This document shows, piece by piece, positions 60,501-63,500 of a DNA stretch of 64,000 bases (positions are counted from its first letter, which is position 1; each line of letters begins with the position of its first letter). Where the stretch lies: contig JBIIGV010000233.1 in assembly GCA_044236265.1 (NCBI GenBank), positions 15,187-79,186 of the forward strand. Reading direction: 5' to 3'. Origin of the DNA: Oligoflexales bacterium (lineage in GTDB: Bacteria > Bdellovibrionota_B > Oligoflexia > Oligoflexales > RGVZ01). A program made the position numbers and the translations under genes. The notes beneath the pieces were generated by a model. That model was given only the letters and a program-made list of their open reading frames with translations. It was not told where the DNA came from and did not search any database.

Positions 60501-63500
60501 CGACAAGCACGACGCCAAGCGTCTCGATGACTCTCTCTGAGGCTGCGCCATCGAACGGTCTAAGACTATATTCAAATGCAACCTGTACTGTGGCGATCTC
60601 GTCGGCGATTTCTGGCACAGTCGGTGGAAATACTTTAGCCACCACGACCGTAGGGACTAACGCGACAACGGCTATTTACGCGAGGGCTACAGATAGTGCC
60701 GGAAACGACTCGATCTGTACGCTTATGACTAACTACACCAATGACTCGGTTGCGCCTAGTGTTACCAATGTCACATCAACGGCTACAAACGGCACCTACC
60801 GCGTTGCACAGACCATCCCGGTCACTGTGACGTTCAATGAGTCGGTGACTGTCACTGGAACGCCGACGATCACTCTTGCGAACGGCGGGGCAGGGGCGAC
60901 AGCATCTTACGCCTCAGGCTCTGGAACGACCACATTGACATTCAATTATGTTGTGGCTTTAGCTGATGTATCTGCTGACCTTGACTATGCATCGACCTCA
61001 GCCCTCACGCTGGCGGGTGGTTCAATTAATGATGCCGCTGGAAACGGCGCTTCTCTGAGCTTGCCGGCAGTTGGTGGTGCGAACAGTATTGGTGGCCAGA
61101 AGGCTATTGTCATTCAGACGGCAGCCCCAACCATCACGTTTGCATCCATCTCGCCTACATCGCCTGGTACGAGCTTCACACCAACCGTGACCATGACTTT
61201 ATCCGAGGCAGCAACGGTCACACTATATAGTGACAGTGGTTGTTCGACTGCGATTTCGTCTCCAACCGAGTTGTCTGCTGGTTCCGGCCAGGCTGTGACG
61301 ACGTCGACACTCGCGGCGAATAGCTCAAGAACAATCCATGCCAAAGCAGTTGCGGCGAACAATAACCAGTCAAGCTGTACAAGTTTGGTAGCTTATACCC
61401 ATGACAATGTTGCTCCGACTGTCTCATCTTTTGTTAAGAAGGTTGGCCAGGCTTCGTCGACAAACTCTGTGCCGATTAACTTCACGTTAACGTTCTCGGA
61501 AGCTATCAATCCAGCTAGCTTCACTGCTGCTGATATTACAAATATCGGAACAGCAACCGGCGTTACCTGGTCCATCACCAACAGCGGCAATAACCAGACA
61601 TTCAATGTTGCGGCCGCTTCATCAGGCAATGGAACGCTGCAGCCACGTTTGGCAGCTGGTGCGGTGACAGATCCTGCTGGTAACACCTTTGGAACGCAGG
61701 TGGATTCTGCCGACACCATCAGTTATTCTGCAGCAGTATACAGCGTCACGTTGAATCAGGCATCGGGTCAGTCTGATCCTGCGAATACACTTCCGATTAC
61801 GTATACGATCGTCTTCTCAAGTGCGGTTGGCTCAAGTAGCTTTACGACCGCAGATCTTTCAAACGCCGGCACGGCGACGGGCATTTCTTGGGCGCTATCC
61901 ACCAGCGATAACACGACTTGGACGTTGACGGTATCTGCATCCGGTCAAGGAACAATCGCTCCAGTGGTAGCAGCGAACGGAGTCACCGACGCGTTCGGTA
62001 ACCAAAACAGTGCCTCGACGGCGACAGATGGCTCTGTCACGTACGATAACGTGGTGCCAACCGTAAGCTTCTCTTCGGCTAGCCCAGGTACAACATCATC
62101 ATCTCTAACCCCGACCATCCTCGGAACAGCGTCCGAGACGTCGACAGTCACCCTGTACTACGATAGCGGTTGCGTCACGCCAAAATCGGCGGCTACGGCA
62201 AATACTGCATTTGCGAGTCCTGGTATTACAGTAACTGGCAACGTAGGTAGCAACACAGCGACCACGATTTACGGTAAGGCCGTCGATGCTGCAGGTAATG
62301 CCTCCACATGTGCGACATTAACCACCTACAATCATGACAGTAGCGGCCCAACCGTTTCCAGCGTGACATCAAGCGCTGCAAATGGATCCTATAAGGTCAA
62401 TGCAGCACAGTTGATTCCTGTCACAGTGACATTTAATGAAGCGGTTGTTGTGACTGGCACTCCGACATTGACTCTCGAAACTGGCACAAATGACGCAGTT
62501 CTGAGCTACAGCTCGGGATCGGGAACGGCAACGCTCACATTCAATTACACAGTCTTCGCAGGGGACACATCGAGTGATCTTGATTATGTCAGCACATCGT
62601 CTCTATCGCTGGCCAGTGGCACGATCAAAGACCAATATGGCAATGATGCAACCTTGACACTACCTGCACCAGGCGCGGCTGGAAGTCTGGGAGCAAACCG
62701 CAGTATCGTTGTTGATACAACAGCTCCGACATTCACTTATACGTCTGTTACGCCAGCGTCACCAGGCACGAGTGCGACACCTCAGGTGGCGTTCGAAATT
62801 TCTGAAGCCTATAGCTCGGCAGGCCTATACTCCGATGCTTCCTGTAACACAGGTATCTCAGCAACTTCCAGTGGCAGTGCGGGTGGTAAGACCATCACCA
62901 CAAGCTCGCTAACGGCTAATGTCACGACATCGATTTATGCAAAGGTTACTGACTCTGTCGGTAACATTTCGAGCTGCTCGCTATTGACGACCTACGTTTA
63001 CGACGCCGCCTCACCAACCGTTACCAGCGTCTCGTCGACCACTGCAAATGGAACCTACGGAGCTGGTAGCACAATCGCTATCAACGTTGTCTTCTCTGAA
63101 GCAGTGACGATTACCGGCACGCCACAGTTGACCCTTGAGACTGGAACAACTGATGCTGTGGTCGACTACGTTTCCGGAAGCGGCACAAATACACTTCTAT
63201 TCAACTATAGTGTCCTTGCAGCGCACTCCAGTGCTGATCTTGATTATCAGTCGACAGCTGCTCTTTCGGCAAATGGCGGAACGATCAGAGACGCGGCTGG
63301 AAATACGGCGACGCTGACATTGCCGGCTCTTGCGGGTGTTAACAGTATCGCTGGTCAGAAGGCCCTTGTGATTCAAACCGTTGCACCAACTGTCACTTAC
63401 GCATCCATTGCACCGACATCGCCAGGCAGCAGCCGTACGCCGACTGTGACCATGACACTATCAACCGCTGCAACTGTGACCCTTTACAGCGAAAATACCT